Assembly: GCA_963662315.1 (NCBI GenBank)
Contig: OY759353.1
Location: 928,001-992,000 of the forward strand
Reading direction: 5' to 3'
Length of the DNA: 64,000 nt
Source: Geopsychrobacteraceae bacterium
Lineage (GTDB): Bacteria > Desulfobacterota > Desulfuromonadia > Desulfuromonadales > Geopsychrobacteraceae
Below are positions 10,580 to 21,556 of the stretch, in pieces. Both the position numbers and the translations under genes were made by a program. The first letter of the stretch is position 1, and the number at the start of each line of letters is the position of its first letter. Below the pieces are notes generated by a model. It was not told the origin of the DNA. It saw nothing but the letters and a program-made list of their open reading frames with translations, and did not search any database.

Positions 10580-11713
10580 ATGTCGGATAACAAGTACCCA
10601 GAATATCAGCACACGATCAATGGCCATGAGTTCCTTCTGAAAATTCAAGGAACCTGGCACGTTCAGCAACCTGTCCCCCAACTTCAGAATATTTTCTCAA
10701 ACCTTGCTTCAGCGTCTGTCAAGACCTTGACGTTTGATTGTTCCCTGCTGCAAAACTGGGATAGCAGCCTGATTATTTTTCTTCGTAAAATTTTCGAATA
10801 TTGCCAGGCCCATCACATCAATATTGATCCGTCTCAGTTGCCTGACGGAGCTCGCAGCCTGTTGAGGCTCGCCGCAACAGTTCCAGAGCGCAAAGAGATG
10901 CGACGCGCGATACTTGGCCAACCCGTGCTGGCCAAGATCGGTAACATCACGATTGAGGCCCATCGGGACTGGAACGATCTGCTACGCTTTATCGGCGATG
11001 TTTTTTTTGCCGTTAGCGCTTTTATCCGAGGCAAAGCCAGGTACCGTTCTTCAGATCTTTTTTACCAGCTAGAGGCCGCCGGTCCGTCAGCACTGGTCAT
11101 TGTGACTCTGATCAGCACTCTGGTTGGTATGATTCTCGCTTTTGTCGGCGCAGTGCAACTACGTCTGTTTGGTGCTGAAATATTCATTGCCAATCTGGTT
11201 GGATTGGGCATGGCCCGAGAAATGGGTGCTATGATGACCGCCATCATTATGGCCGGACGCACCGGTGCCGCATTTGCGGCCCAGCTCGGAACCATGCAGG
11301 TTAATGAAGAAATCGACGCATTTACAACCATGGCGATTTCCCCGGTCGAATTTCTGGTTCTGCCCCGCTTACTGGCACTGTGCATCACCATGCCACTATT
11401 GTGTATCTATGCTGATTTTATGGGTATTATTGGCGGCGCCATTGTCAGCGCCACCATGCTTGACATTTCTTTTTATCAATATTTTCAACAAATACAAGGC
11501 TTTGTCCCTCTTAAACATTTCATCATCGGCATTTTTAAAGCGGGAGTATTCGGTATCATTATAGCGACGGCCGGCTGTCTACGTGGGCTGCAATGTGGAC
11601 GTAGCGCCTCTGCCGTTGGCTTTGCCGCCACCAATGCGGTAGTGACCTCGATCGTTCTTATCATTGTCGCCGATGCGATTATTACTGTGTTATGCCAGCT
11701 TCTGGGATTCTGA
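10580..11713 (+). CDS. mlaE: MlaE-family ABC permease with N-terminal STAS domain
   Basis: REMGAMMTAIIMAGRTGAAFAAQLGTMQVNEEIDA motif; N-terminal WDSS STAS-like segment. Confidence 0.9.
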   Translation: MSDNKYPEYQHTINGHEFLLKIQGTWHVQQPVPQLQNIFSNLASASVKTLTFDCSLLQNWDSSLIIFLRKIFEYCQAHHINIDPSQLPDGARSLLRLAATVPERKEMRRAILGQPVLAKIGNITIEAHRDWNDLLRFIGDVFFAVSAFIRGKARYRSSDLFYQLEAAGPSALVIVTLISTLVGMILAFVGAVQLRLFGAEIFIANLVGLGMAREMGAMMTAIIMAGRTGAAFAAQLGTMQVNEEIDAFTTMAISPVEFLVLPRLLALCITMPLLCIYADFMGIIGGAIVSATMLDISFYQYFQQIQGFVPLKHFIIGIFKAGVFGIIIATAGCLRGLQCGRSASAVGFAATNAVVTSIVLIIVADAIITVLCQLLGF

Positions 11714-11714
11714 C

Positions 11715-12503
11715 ATGAGCCAAAGTATGCACATATCCGTTGACAACCTGACCATGGCTTACGACGATACAATTATTCAAAAAGACATCAGCTTTGGAGT
11801 CAAGGCGGGTGAAATATTTATCATCATGGGTGGTAGTGGCTGCGGTAAAAGCACTTTGCTTCGCCACCTGATCGGTCTCAAAGAACCCGCTAAAGGCCGT
11901 GTTGTTATCAATAATGTCAACATCTGGTCCGCCTCTCCAAAAGAGCGCGATAAGATTATCAGCCGCAACGGCGTGTTGTTTCAAAGTGGGGCTCTTTGGA
12001 GTTCCATGACCTTAGCAGAAAATGTGGCATTACCACTGCAGGAATATACCGGGCTGAATGAACGTCAGATTGATGAATTGGTCAGCTATAAACTGGCACT
12101 CGTCGGTCTGGCAGGCTACGAAGACTACTACCCTTCAGAAATCAGTGGTGGCATGCGCAAACGTGCCGGGCTGGCACGGGCCATGGCTCTTGATCCTGAC
12201 ATTCTGTTTTTTGATGAACCCTCTGCCGGGCTCGATCCTGTCAGTTCACGCCTGCTTGATGACCTGATTCTGGAGCTTCGCAACAGTCTCGGCGCAACAA
12301 TCGTCATTGTGACACATGAACTGGCCAGTATTTTCAGCATTGCCGATAACTCTGTATTTCTGGATCCGGAAACAAAAACCATGATTGCCCAAGGGAATCC
12401 GAACGAGCTGCTGAAAACATCAAAGGATCCTAAAGTCATCAATTTTTTAACCCGTATGAAAACTGATCACCCCAGTCACCACAACAGTTTTATCAGGAAT
12501 TGA
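11715..12503 (+). CDS. mlaF: MlaF-family ABC ATPase
   Basis: Walker A GGSGCGKS, ISGGMRKR signature, FFDEPSAGLDP. Start set to ATG 11715, just after the permease stop. Confidence 0.92.
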   Translation: MSQSMHISVDNLTMAYDDTIIQKDISFGVKAGEIFIIMGGSGCGKSTLLRHLIGLKEPAKGRVVINNVNIWSASPKERDKIISRNGVLFQSGALWSSMTLAENVALPLQEYTGLNERQIDELVSYKLALVGLAGYEDYYPSEISGGMRKRAGLARAMALDPDILFFDEPSAGLDPVSSRLLDDLILELRNSLGATIVIVTHELASIFSIADNSVFLDPETKTMIAQGNPNELLKTSKDPKVINFLTRMKTDHPSHHNSFIRN

Positions 12504-12505
12504 CT

Positions 12506-13594
12506 ATGTATAGACGCAGAATCGATCCAAGAGTCATCGGCAGTTTCGTCGTTGGGGCAATCATACTTACGGTGGCCGGCCTGCTGTTTTTTGGCCCAGG
12601 TGGTTTTCTATCAGAAACGCGCAAGTATATTGTTCATTTCGACACCTCGGTGAAAGGTTTGAACGTAGGCTCTCCAGTTCGTTTCAGAGGAGTTAAGATC
12701 GGACAGGTAAAAGACATCAATGTCAGAATCAGTCCAACCAACTACGCCTTTCATATTCCCGTAACCATTGAAATTCAACCATCTCGCATCAACGCTGACG
12801 GGTCCGGCGCCGGTTTGTTTGAAGCCCTGAAAACCTCAGTGAAAAGTGATGACCCGATTCGCACACTGGTCGACAACGGCTTGCGTGCCCAACTGCTGAT
12901 GGACAGCCTGGTGACAGGGCAACTGTTCATCAATTTTGACATGCTTCCGGACACACCCATCATTCTCACCGGTTATCCGGGTGAATACCCGGAGCTGCCA
13001 ACTGCCAGCTCGAGCCTGGAGGAATTAACCAAAGCCTTTGAAGATCTACCTTTGGGTGAGTTGACAGACAAGGTCATTTCCACCATGGATGGTATTGAAA
13101 AATTGGTCAATTCACCCAAGCTGCACAAGACCCTGGACAATTTTGAACAATCGACCAACGAACTGAATCGACTGCTAAAACAACTTAGCAATGACATTCC
13201 GTCAACCCTGGCTGCACTTAGAAAAACAACAGAACAAGCCGAAAAAACTATTCAGCACATCGATAACAGAATCGGGCCACTGGCTGAACAGATTCAGGAA
13301 ACCATGGCAACAACCCAGACAATGGTTGGCAACCTGAATACAAGGATAGATCCACTGGCAGAACAATTTAATGCCAGCATGATCTCCTTTGACCAGGCCT
13401 CTAAGCGTACTGCTGAAACCATGGAGCAGGTTAAAAATCTGACCTCGGACGATTCCAGGACTTTAGCCCAGTTAAGTCAGACGTTGCTCGAATTAAAAAA
13501 TACAGCGCGCAGTATTCGCATCCTGGCAGATGAGTTGAACAGCGATCCACAAATGCTATTACGTGGCCGCTCCAACGGAGGTAAAGAACAATGA
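12506..13594 (+). CDS. MCE/MlaD-family protein with long helical extension
   Basis: N-terminal TM, GLNVGSPVRFRGVKIGQV, GLRAQL..SLVTGQL, C-terminal PQMLLRG. ATG 12506 preferred over TTG 12500. Confidence 0.9.
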   Translation: MYRRRIDPRVIGSFVVGAIILTVAGLLFFGPGGFLSETRKYIVHFDTSVKGLNVGSPVRFRGVKIGQVKDINVRISPTNYAFHIPVTIEIQPSRINADGSGAGLFEALKTSVKSDDPIRTLVDNGLRAQLLMDSLVTGQLFINFDMLPDTPIILTGYPGEYPELPTASSSLEELTKAFEDLPLGELTDKVISTMDGIEKLVNSPKLHKTLDNFEQSTNELNRLLKQLSNDIPSTLAALRKTTEQAEKTIQHIDNRIGPLAEQIQETMATTQTMVGNLNTRIDPLAEQFNASMISFDQASKRTAETMEQVKNLTSDDSRTLAQLSQTLLELKNTARSIRILADELNSDPQMLLRGRSNGGKEQ

Positions 13595-14172
13595 AATATA
13601 TTATTTTACTTACTCTGCTTGCTTTAAGCAGTTGCATTCAGATTGGCGATAAACCTCAGCCCCAGAATCACTATCTTCTTGAGCCAGAAATCAGTGCTAA
13701 CAGCGGCCTAGTCAATACTCAAAATGAATTTACGATTAACCTTGAACCCATTGATTTAGCACTCTTTCTTGACAAACCATATATTGCGTTTCATGACCAG
13801 GCAAACCATATCAGTTATCAGCAGACCGAACGCTGGGCGGAACCCCTTGCCAGCAACATCAGCAGGGTCATACGCAACAATCTGATCCGTTCCTTCCACG
13901 GGACAACTGTCACTTTAGGCCCCTGGGAAAAAAGTCAAGCTCCCCTCCTGACGGTGAAAATTGTCATTGATGATTTTTCCAGCAACATGGACAACTCGGT
14001 CAGCATGACTGCCCTCTATCACATGAGCTGGAGCGGTAAATCATTAAACAGGCAATACAATCAGCTGCTGCCTGCGGGAGCCAGTACAGCCGAACAGGTC
14101 AAAGCACTTAACACAAATCTTAATCAGTTCTGCTCGATGCTGGCTGATGATATCAGGCGGCTGACCAACTGA
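13591..14172 (+). CDS. PqiC-family lipoprotein (ABC transport auxiliary)
   Basis: Lipobox LSSC, RWAEPL motif, last gene of the MCE operon. Confidence 0.85.
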   Translation: MKYIILLTLLALSSCIQIGDKPQPQNHYLLEPEISANSGLVNTQNEFTINLEPIDLALFLDKPYIAFHDQANHISYQQTERWAEPLASNISRVIRNNLIRSFHGTTVTLGPWEKSQAPLLTVKIVIDDFSSNMDNSVSMTALYHMSWSGKSLNRQYNQLLPAGASTAEQVKALNTNLNQFCSMLADDIRRLTN

Positions 14173-14247
14173 AACACCCACACAGAACCAGAACGCGACA
14201 GAAACGATAAGCCGCCCTCTTTGTACAAGCCAACACCATGCTTGGTC

Positions 14248-14565
14248 CTATTTTTTATTAAAAGGTGGACAATCTGGCAGGACCGGGGCTTTGTAAGCCG
14301 GAATATCTCGAACATAAGGACAATCCTGAGGAAGAATGCCGGCAGCGACAATTTCAGGCGTCAGTTGAGCACAATCAGGGTGAATCTGTGACCTGTTGGC
14401 ATAATTTTTACACAGCCTGGTTTGAGTATTCAGATGAGGACAGGGTGTAGCGGTATAAAAGATCCGCCCGCGGTAATCATATTTTTCATAACAGCACAAA
14501 CCACACCGCTCACAGATAGCTTCCCATTCAGCAGACCCGGAGACAGGATTAATCGATTTTTTCAT
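14248..14565 (-). CDS. YcgN/YkgJ-like cysteine-cluster protein (CxxCxxCC)
   Basis: WEAICERCGLCC, CPHL..C..Y.NR, LPQDCPY. Confidence 0.8.
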   Translation of the reverse strand: MKKSINPVSGSAEWEAICERCGLCCYEKYDYRGRIFYTATPCPHLNTQTRLCKNYANRSQIHPDCAQLTPEIVAAGILPQDCPYVRDIPAYKAPVLPDCPPFNKK

Positions 14566-14688
14566 AGTTAACAATTTCTATAAGTTTCAGTTTATTCCAA
14601 GTTAACATATTCTGACCAAAGGGCAAAGTATGACGAATATCAACGATTCAAGCAAGCAGGTATATATTTTAAACAGAGGGGAAGAGGC

Positions 14689-14716
14689 TTGACACCAGCC
14701 TGAAAGACTTTAAAAT
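14689..14716 (+). promoter_or_regulatory. Putative sigma70 promoter for the PxxKW gene
   Basis: TTGACA (14689-14694), 16-nt spacer, TAAAAT (14711-14716). Confidence 0.5.
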
Positions 14717-14818
14717 AAACTCCCCGACAAAAAACCATTGACTCAAAAAATCAAATTGGCTATTACTAGGCGTTCTGAATTTGACCCAGGCGTAAAAAGG
14801 CTAGGAGGAATACCAAAG

Positions 14819-15112
14819 ATGCAGTGCGAAACAGTTCTCCCCGGTACCGAGTGTACTTTCTGGAAAAAAGATGGTTGTTCAGCTGAAGGTGGTAGCTGCC
14901 AGTTGATCGTTGAAGAATGCAAAGGTTGTGACCGTGTTGCAACAGGAACTATCGGTGAGGTTTGTACCTCTTATCCGAACCCTGCCGCAAAATGGATCAG
15001 CGGCCTGTGCAACTTTGCAACGCACAAGAAGGTTGACATCAAGTCTAATGATGTTCGTGTCAACCCGCTTAAAGCTGCAAAACGTGCCGCCGCTGGCAAG
15101 AAAAAGAAATAA
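14819..15112 (+). CDS. PxxKW-family cysteine-rich protein
   Basis: RBS AGGAGGA before ATG 14819; Cys-rich, YPNPAAKW..G.CNFATH, basic tail VNPLKAAKR..KKKK. Confidence 0.85.
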   Translation: MQCETVLPGTECTFWKKDGCSAEGGSCQLIVEECKGCDRVATGTIGEVCTSYPNPAAKWISGLCNFATHKKVDIKSNDVRVNPLKAAKRAAAGKKKK

Positions 15113-15135
15113 TCATTTTTGTGAATGTTTCTCTG

Positions 15136-15167
15136 AGAAAAGGCTGTCCATCCGGACAGCCTTTTCT
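15136..15167. terminator. Bidirectional intrinsic terminator
   Basis: AGAAAAGGCTGTCC-atcc-GGACAGCCTTTTCT perfect hairpin between convergent genes. Confidence 0.85.
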
Positions 15168-15206
15168 TTTATCGGAAAGGTTCTGATTTCTACTCACCTC
15201 CTGCCC

Positions 15207-17165
15207 TCAGGCAGAAACAGTTTTATTCATCAGATCATCCTTTTTTATCTTGCCGCCAATCAGTGCAACAATATCACCTGCCAAAAAGATAAAATCAGCA
15301 TCCGGATTGGCAATAAATCCTCCATTTCGCAACACCCCGACAATCGTCAGACCGGTCCTCTGGCGTATATTCAGACTGCGAATACTCTGCCCGACAAGCA
15401 CACCATCAACACCAACGTCTTCCCAAGTAAGATCGAGAACATCTCTGGCGAATTTCAAGTGCTGGAGCGTATGTAACGCGCTATTTTCGCATTCATCGCG
15501 CTGATAACGCTCACGACGGTCGGAATCTGTGAATTGCTGCACCATTGTCACTGGGATGTCCAGATTCAGCAAAGCCTGTCTGGCAAACTCAAGGCCGACC
15601 TCAAGGTCAGGTAAAATGACCATGGCCACACCATCCTCGTAGAGGGCCTGCATTTGCGCTTCTCCGGCTGCTCTTACGACCGCAGGCAAGCCAGGGTTGG
15701 TCCGCTGTATAAAACGGACGATAAATTCAGCTGTGGTGATATCAGGAATAGTTATCAGCAATTGTCTGGCACTTCCAAGATTGGCCGCTTCGAGAACCAC
15801 ATCCTGGGACGCGTCGCCAAAAATTGCAGGATAGCCCTTCAACCGACACTGTTCAATCGCGCGATAGGATAGATCTATAATGACAAAGGCAACAGACAGG
15901 CGACTCAAAATGCTCGCTATATATTGACCTACCTGCCCGCCTCCGGCGATAACAATATGATTGTTCAACCCATATTCAGGCAGATTAATGGTCTGCAATG
16001 TCTCCTTTTTCAGCAACTTCTTTTTGATGCCATACAAGGGCGCCGTCAACCCGGAAAGCAGTGGCGTCAGAACCATGCTTATGATTGCGGCAGCCAGAAT
16101 ATAATAATATTGTTCGCTGGTCAGAAACTGTCCGGAAAAACCGACCTGACCAAGGACAAACGAAAATTCACCAATCTGAAACATGGTCAAGCCAACAGCC
16201 AGAGGAATGACATTCCCATAGCCGAAGGCCCTGACAATCGCCATCAGCAGCAATGCTTTACCAACTGCAAGCAACACAATCAACTGAGCTATTTGTGACC
16301 AGTTGGTAATAAGAAACACAGGGTCAAGAAGCATTCCGACCGAGGTAAAAAACAGCAGACCGAAGAGATCCCGCAAAGGGATGATATCACTGAGAGCCTG
16401 ATGCCCGTAATCAGACTCACTGAGCACCATACCGGCTATAAAAGCCCCAAAGGCGAACGATAAGCCTGCAAGATAGGTCACATAACCGACCCCAAGACCG
16501 ATTGTCGTAATTGAAAGCAGAAACAGTTCTCTGGAATTCCAGCGTGCAATAACAGCCAACATACGCGGCAGAACCCGTGTACCACCGACCAGCATAACAA
16601 CCAGAAAAATAACAGACTTTAGTAATGCAACAGCCAGCAGTGACCCACTTGGTGTCGCTCCGGTCAGCTGAGGTAACAGAATCAATAACGGCACAACGGC
16701 CAGATCCTGCACAATGAGAATTCCTACCATAACACGGCTTGACAAGGTGCCAAGCATCCCCTGCGCCATCAACGTCTTAAGAATCACCATGGTACTTGAT
16801 AAGGAGGCAATACCGCCCAACCATAAGGCAGCACCATGTCCCCACCCGAGCCAGCCGCCAATAAGGTAGCCATACCCCATGGTCAGAAGCATCTGAATCG
16901 GCGTACCGATAAGTGCGATATACTTGACCGGATTGAGTTCTTTCAGGGAAAATTCCAGGCCAAGGGCAAACAGCAGCAGTGCGACACCAATTTCGGCCAG
17001 CTTTTCCACCTCATGCGGGTCAGATACCGCACCGCCACTAAAGGGGCCAATAAGAACTCCGGCCAGAATATAGCCAAGGATCAGGGGCTGCCGAAACAGC
17101 TGCGCCAGCAGGCCGCCCAGCAAGGCAGCAACAACGATAATGATCAGATCAGCGGCAATTCCCAT
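15207..17165 (-). CDS. CPA2 cation:proton antiporter (Kef/YbaL type) with TrkA-N and TrkA-C domains
   Basis: [35 protein letters not shown] and FGDAS in the RCK domain. Confidence 0.92.
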   Translation of the reverse strand: MGIAADLIIIVVAALLGGLLAQLFRQPLILGYILAGVLIGPFSGGAVSDPHEVEKLAEIGVALLLFALGLEFSLKELNPVKYIALIGTPIQMLLTMGYGYLIGGWLGWGHGAALWLGGIASLSSTMVILKTLMAQGMLGTLSSRVMVGILIVQDLAVVPLLILLPQLTGATPSGSLLAVALLKSVIFLVVMLVGGTRVLPRMLAVIARWNSRELFLLSITTIGLGVGYVTYLAGLSFAFGAFIAGMVLSESDYGHQALSDIIPLRDLFGLLFFTSVGMLLDPVFLITNWSQIAQLIVLLAVGKALLLMAIVRAFGYGNVIPLAVGLTMFQIGEFSFVLGQVGFSGQFLTSEQYYYILAAAIISMVLTPLLSGLTAPLYGIKKKLLKKETLQTINLPEYGLNNHIVIAGGGQVGQYIASILSRLSVAFVIIDLSYRAIEQCRLKGYPAIFGDASQDVVLEAANLGSARQLLITIPDITTAEFIVRFIQRTNPGLPAVVRAAGEAQMQALYEDGVAMVILPDLEVGLEFARQALLNLDIPVTMVQQFTDSDRRERYQRDECENSALHTLQHLKFARDVLDLTWEDVGVDGVLVGQSIRSLNIRQRTGLTIVGVLRNGGFIANPDADFIFLAGDIVALIGGKIKKDDLMNKTVSA

Positions 17166-17183
17166 AGACTGTCTCTTTATCCG

Positions 17184-18035
17184 TCAGGCTCGCAGGCCAT
17201 GCCCACGACCCAGCATCTCTGCGGCGTCCATAACCACCATGAATGCATCCGGATCATGAGCCCGGATAATGTCTCGTAAGACCGTAATGCGTCGCGCTTC
17301 AACAGTCACAAAAATCATGGTTTTGTCTTCCCCTTTGGCCAATCCGGTCCCCTTGACGACAGTACCGTGGGGACCTAACTGCTGAACTATTTTCTCTCCA
17401 AGCAACTCAACCTGGCCGGAGGTTATATGCACAACCTTCTCTGACAAGGCACCGGTCAGAAGCATATCAACACACTTGGCTGTTACATAAATACTGATAA
17501 GACTCCAAAGAGCCCTTTCCGTATCATGAAAAACCACTCCTGCAGAAACAATGATAACGACATCACAAGCCAGAATAAACTGTCCCGCTTTCATGTTTGT
17601 ACGTGCGGCCACCATCCGTGCAATGGTCGAGGTTCCCCCTGCAGAAGCATTCCCCCTGAGCATTAAGCCGATCCCGACGCCAATAGCTATACCACCGTAC
17701 AATGTGGCCAGAAGCGTTTCATGGCTGAGGGGTTCAAGGGTTAGATAAACACGAAACAGATCAACAAAAAAAGAACTAAGAGCTATAGAGAATACGGAAC
17801 GCAAGGCAAACGCAGTGCCGAGCATACTCCAGCCGCATAACAAAATCGGCATATTGATGGCAAGCATCAACATGCCGATTGTCATCCCGCTAAGATAGCT
17901 GAGGAGAATCGCCATACCGGCAGTCCCCCCCGTCGTTATACGGTTCGGAGCTAGAAATAGCACAATACCAAGAGCCATAACTGCAGCCCCCAGGGTATAG
18001 TAACAGGCATTGCGAACTTCAGTTTGAATTTTCAT
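17184..18035 (-). CDS. YitT family membrane protein
   Basis: TGGTAG, ASAGGTS, C-terminal DPDAFMVV..EMLGRG. Confidence 0.88.
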   Translation of the reverse strand: MKIQTEVRNACYYTLGAAVMALGIVLFLAPNRITTGGTAGMAILLSYLSGMTIGMLMLAINMPILLCGWSMLGTAFALRSVFSIALSSFFVDLFRVYLTLEPLSHETLLATLYGGIAIGVGIGLMLRGNASAGGTSTIARMVAARTNMKAGQFILACDVVIIVSAGVVFHDTERALWSLISIYVTAKCVDMLLTGALSEKVVHITSGQVELLGEKIVQQLGPHGTVVKGTGLAKGEDKTMIFVTVEARRITVLRDIIRAHDPDAFMVVMDAAEMLGRGHGLRA

Positions 18036-18063
18036 AGCAGCATCATTGTCGTTGGATAATCAT

Positions 18064-18837
18064 TTACCCTTTCAGGCCATCAATAACTGCTGCGACCTCA
18101 TCACGAAGTTGTTTATTCCCCTGCCCGTTTTCAAGGCGCAAAAACTGATTAAAATGGTCGATAGCTTCTTCAACACGGTCCTGATCCAAGCAAATATAAC
18201 CAAGCGTCAGAAAGCCCCCCGGGGAAGCAGCGTCAAGCTGTAACCCTTTAAGACAATATTCTTCAGCTGTTTCCAGCTGCTCTTTATCGTAATATAGATC
18301 AGCAAGATTGAGCAGGGGCTGAGGGTCTTCAGGATCAAGTTCGGCCGCCTTTGCAAAAAATTCAAGGGCTTCCTCTGCACGCTCCTGTGCCAGGCAGATA
18401 TCCCCAAGAGCATTTAAGGCAAAAACTGAATCCGGATCGATGCTAAGCGCCTGACGACAAGCACTCTCGGCAGCTTCAGGATCATCGATATTCACATAAG
18501 CCATAGCTTTACTGACCCAGGCATCAACCTCTTCCGGCTCAAGATCAATAATCTGCTGATAGGTTTTCAGCGCTTCGGCATTTTTATTTTCTTCAAGATA
18601 CAGATCTCCCAGGGTAAAAAGCAGATCAATATCTTCAGGGGCCAATTGCAGACCTGCTGACAAACTTTTATAAGCCTGTTTGTATTGCCCATTTTCGACC
18701 TGGGCCTCAGCGAGTAATTGCCAGGTCTCAGCCGCAGGTTGCAAATCAATAGCCTGCTGAAGAAAGCTGATTGCGGCTTTCAGATCACCATCATCCAGCG
18801 CTCGACTACCCTGTTCAAATAAATCTTCTGCAGACAT
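18064..18837 (-). CDS. Tetratricopeptide repeat protein
   Basis: Repeated helical units with LG/LA..A....AL.LDP pattern; very acidic. Confidence 0.88.
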   Translation of the reverse strand: MSAEDLFEQGSRALDDGDLKAAISFLQQAIDLQPAAETWQLLAEAQVENGQYKQAYKSLSAGLQLAPEDIDLLFTLGDLYLEENKNAEALKTYQQIIDLEPEEVDAWVSKAMAYVNIDDPEAAESACRQALSIDPDSVFALNALGDICLAQERAEEALEFFAKAAELDPEDPQPLLNLADLYYDKEQLETAEEYCLKGLQLDAASPGGFLTLGYICLDQDRVEEAIDHFNQFLRLENGQGNKQLRDEVAAVIDGLKG

Positions 18838-18938
18838 TACGATGTACCTCCACTAACAATTAAAGTCCTTCTCCGGCGTATCCGGAGAGCGGGCACCAGT
18901 ATTAATCAGAAACTGGTCAGCGTTCTAGCTAAACCCTT

Positions 18939-19328
18939 CTAAAAGGCATTTTTCCGGACGACCTCAATTTTAAAACCGTCAGGATCTGTGACGAAATAAA
19001 ACTTTGGCGGGCTGCCTGGCAACCCTTTCATCGGCGTGGGGTTGAGCCCCATATCGGTATGTCGTTGATGAGATCCCTCAAGATCAGCGACGCCAACAGC
19101 CAGGTGCGAATATCCATCACCAATCACATAAGGCTGCTGCGGATCATAATTATAGGTAAGCTCCAGTTCAAAAGGTAATCCGGCCGAGGTCATATAACTT
19201 AAGGTAAATTTATGCTCCGGATAATCCTTTTTACGGGATATCTCAAAACCAAAAGCATCACGATAAAAGTTTTCTGATGCTTCAAGATTCATCACCCGGT
19301 AACAAATGTGTATCATCGGATATTCCAT
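18939..19328 (-). CDS. VOC-family lactoylglutathione lyase (glyoxalase I)
   Basis: HICYRV, ELELTYN, GDGYSHLA, DPDGFKIE. RBS AGGAG upstream of ATG 19328. Confidence 0.88.
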   Translation of the reverse strand: MEYPMIHICYRVMNLEASENFYRDAFGFEISRKKDYPEHKFTLSYMTSAGLPFELELTYNYDPQQPYVIGDGYSHLAVGVADLEGSHQRHTDMGLNPTPMKGLPGSPPKFYFVTDPDGFKIEVVRKNAF

Positions 19329-19358
19329 AAACACTCCTTATAAGAATATTTTGTTAAA

Positions 19359-19387
19359 TTGACATTATGCCGGTAGCTGATTATAGT
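19359..19387 (+). promoter_or_regulatory. Sigma70 promoter giving a probably leaderless lpxH mRNA
   Basis: TTGACA-17 nt-TATAGT; the ATG follows after a 7-nt spacer with no Shine-Dalgarno. Confidence 0.65.
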
Positions 19388-19394
19388 CGCGGGC

Positions 19395-20108
19395 ATGAGA
19401 GCCATATTCCTATCAGATGCCCATCTGCGTCAACCGCAGGATAGAAACTACCAGTTATTAATTGATTTTCTTAATCAGCAAAAACAACTGGACGCCCTTT
19501 TTTTACTCGGAGATATTTTCGAATTCTGGCTGGGTTACCAGCATCTGGTATTCACACCCTACATGCCCTTACTGGAAAAACTGAGGCAGTTGACCCAGAA
19601 CGGAACGAAACTTTATTTCGTTGAAGGCAATCATGATTTTTTGCTGGGACCCTATTTTACCGAGACCCTGAAATGCTCAATCATAACCACCCGGCAGACC
19701 CTCACCTGGGATAATGTCAAGCTACACGTTTGCCATGGTGACTTGCTGAACCCGGGAGCGGGTTATCTCCAATTACGAAAATTCTGGCGCTGTAGTCCGG
19801 TTCAGGCGCTTGCAAAGATCGTTCACCCGGACCTGGTCTGGAAGTTCGCCATCTGGCTAAGTAACAAAAGCAGCAAAAACGACCCGAACCGCCCCCATCA
19901 CAACCCACTCCCCCACCTGCGTCGTTATGCTGACAATATTGCCGCAGGGTGTGACTTCATCATCTGCGGTCATTTTCACTTTCCAACCACAGAACAACAC
20001 AAGAAGACTCAACTGATCGCACTGGGCGACTGGATAACCCAATTCAGTTACGCCGAACTAAAAGATGGCGTCATGCAACTGAAATCTTATTCCCCCGAGC
20101 GCGATTGA
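19395..20108 (+). CDS. lpxH: UDP-2,3-diacylglucosamine diphosphatase-like metallophosphoesterase
   Basis: SDAH, GDIFEFW, GNHD, HGD, GHFH, LGDW motifs. Confidence 0.82.
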   Translation: MRAIFLSDAHLRQPQDRNYQLLIDFLNQQKQLDALFLLGDIFEFWLGYQHLVFTPYMPLLEKLRQLTQNGTKLYFVEGNHDFLLGPYFTETLKCSIITTRQTLTWDNVKLHVCHGDLLNPGAGYLQLRKFWRCSPVQALAKIVHPDLVWKFAIWLSNKSSKNDPNRPHHNPLPHLRRYADNIAAGCDFIICGHFHFPTTEQHKKTQLIALGDWITQFSYAELKDGVMQLKSYSPERD

Positions 20109-21472
20109 TCACACAAGAGGATCGTTCCCTCAGTCCCCAGCTTTGAACTTTTTTCAACCAGATCTTTAAGATTCAGGGTGCCAAGGTTTTCGGCAATAAC
20201 TGTCTCAAGTTCAAGGTACGACTGCAATGCAACCTGAACCTGCGGGTGCTGAGACAAATGGCGTACCTCTTTGCCGTAATGACGCATATCCTGATAAAAC
20301 TGCTGCAGGGTTAAACTATCAGCAGCACGCCCAAGCTGATAGAGAGAGCGCCCGGACTTACTCTGTAACTCAGCCACAAAGCCAAGTTTTACCAGGGATT
20401 TCAAAATACTGCGACACAATCTGGGAGGAGCGAAGATAAAACTGGCCAACTGTTCCTGTCCCATAGCGCCCTGACCATTCTGAAAACGCTCAGCCAGGGT
20501 TACCATCATGGCCAGTGCGATCTCTTCATAACTGTTACGACTGACTTCACTGCGACGCAGATCTCTACCACTGGTCCGCAAATTCTGTTTGGCATAACAG
20601 ATCCCAAGGCCAAACAGTACAATCACCCACGATAGATAAACCCAGACCATAAATATCGGTAACGCCGCCATGGTGCCATAAATCGCGTTATAGCGGCCAA
20701 CACCGACCTGAAAATGAACGTAACCGACCTGAGCCAGTTGCCACAGGGTACCACCGACAATTCCCCCGGCCAGAGCTGCCCGCCAGTCAACCCGGGTGTT
20801 CGACATGAAAATATACAACCCGGAAAAAGCCAGCCACATAAAGACGAAAGGAATAATTTTAAACAAGGTCAGGACCAGAGTGCCAACCATGTGCATTTCC
20901 ATCAGAGTCTGCACGACGCGATTGCTGGCCAGGCTCGATGTCATGGAAATTGCGCTAATCACCAGCACTGGACCAACCAGAATCACCGACAGATAATCGG
21001 AAAAACGCCGGAGAAATGGTCGTACTGATGGCACCCCCCAAACATGATTGAAACTCTTTTCAATATTTGTCAGTAGTGAAACAACGGCCAACAGTAAAAA
21101 GACCAGTCCAAATGCCCCTAACTGCGCAACCTGGGTGTTATTGATATAACCAAGAATCGCATCGGCGATGTGGCCATTGCCAACATTCAGTTTTTCCAGA
21201 ATCAACGGCTGCAACAGGTTCTGGACCCCAAATGCTTTTAGTAAAGCAAAAGTCAAGGCCAACAGTGGGACCAGTGATAGCATAGAATAGTAGGTCAATG
21301 CGGCTGCCCGAAGAAGCGTCTGATTAGCCGCAAAATCACTGATCACCAGGGCAACAGTCTGAATCTGACGCAACCCCAGACGTTTTAACCAGCTTAATTC
21401 CGTGGGATTATGCCCCCAGATCAGCTCGCTGATCCAAATCCGCCAATATTCCGTCAGAGATTTGTTTGCCAT
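20087..21472 (-). CDS. YihY/BrkB family membrane protein with C-terminal winged-helix extension
   Basis: AAALTYYSMLSLVP, YNAIYGTMAALPIFMVWVYLSW. Confidence 0.88.
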   Translation of the reverse strand: MANKSLTEYWRIWISELIWGHNPTELSWLKRLGLRQIQTVALVISDFAANQTLLRAAALTYYSMLSLVPLLALTFALLKAFGVQNLLQPLILEKLNVGNGHIADAILGYINNTQVAQLGAFGLVFLLLAVVSLLTNIEKSFNHVWGVPSVRPFLRRFSDYLSVILVGPVLVISAISMTSSLASNRVVQTLMEMHMVGTLVLTLFKIIPFVFMWLAFSGLYIFMSNTRVDWRAALAGGIVGGTLWQLAQVGYVHFQVGVGRYNAIYGTMAALPIFMVWVYLSWVIVLFGLGICYAKQNLRTSGRDLRRSEVSRNSYEEIALAMMVTLAERFQNGQGAMGQEQLASFIFAPPRLCRSILKSLVKLGFVAELQSKSGRSLYQLGRAADSLTLQQFYQDMRHYGKEVRHLSQHPQVQVALQSYLELETVIAENLGTLNLKDLVEKSSKLGTEGTILLCDQSRSGE

Positions 21473-21556
21473 AAGTTAAAACCAGTAATAATTGTTTTCG
21501 CGAGGGCCTGTATTTAATTAGACCTTACGCAATGTCTACCACACCATGGCCCTTTA

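Noticed and set aside
14910..15476. 188-aa ORF
   Set aside because: Crosses a real gene, a terminator and the antisense of the antiporter.
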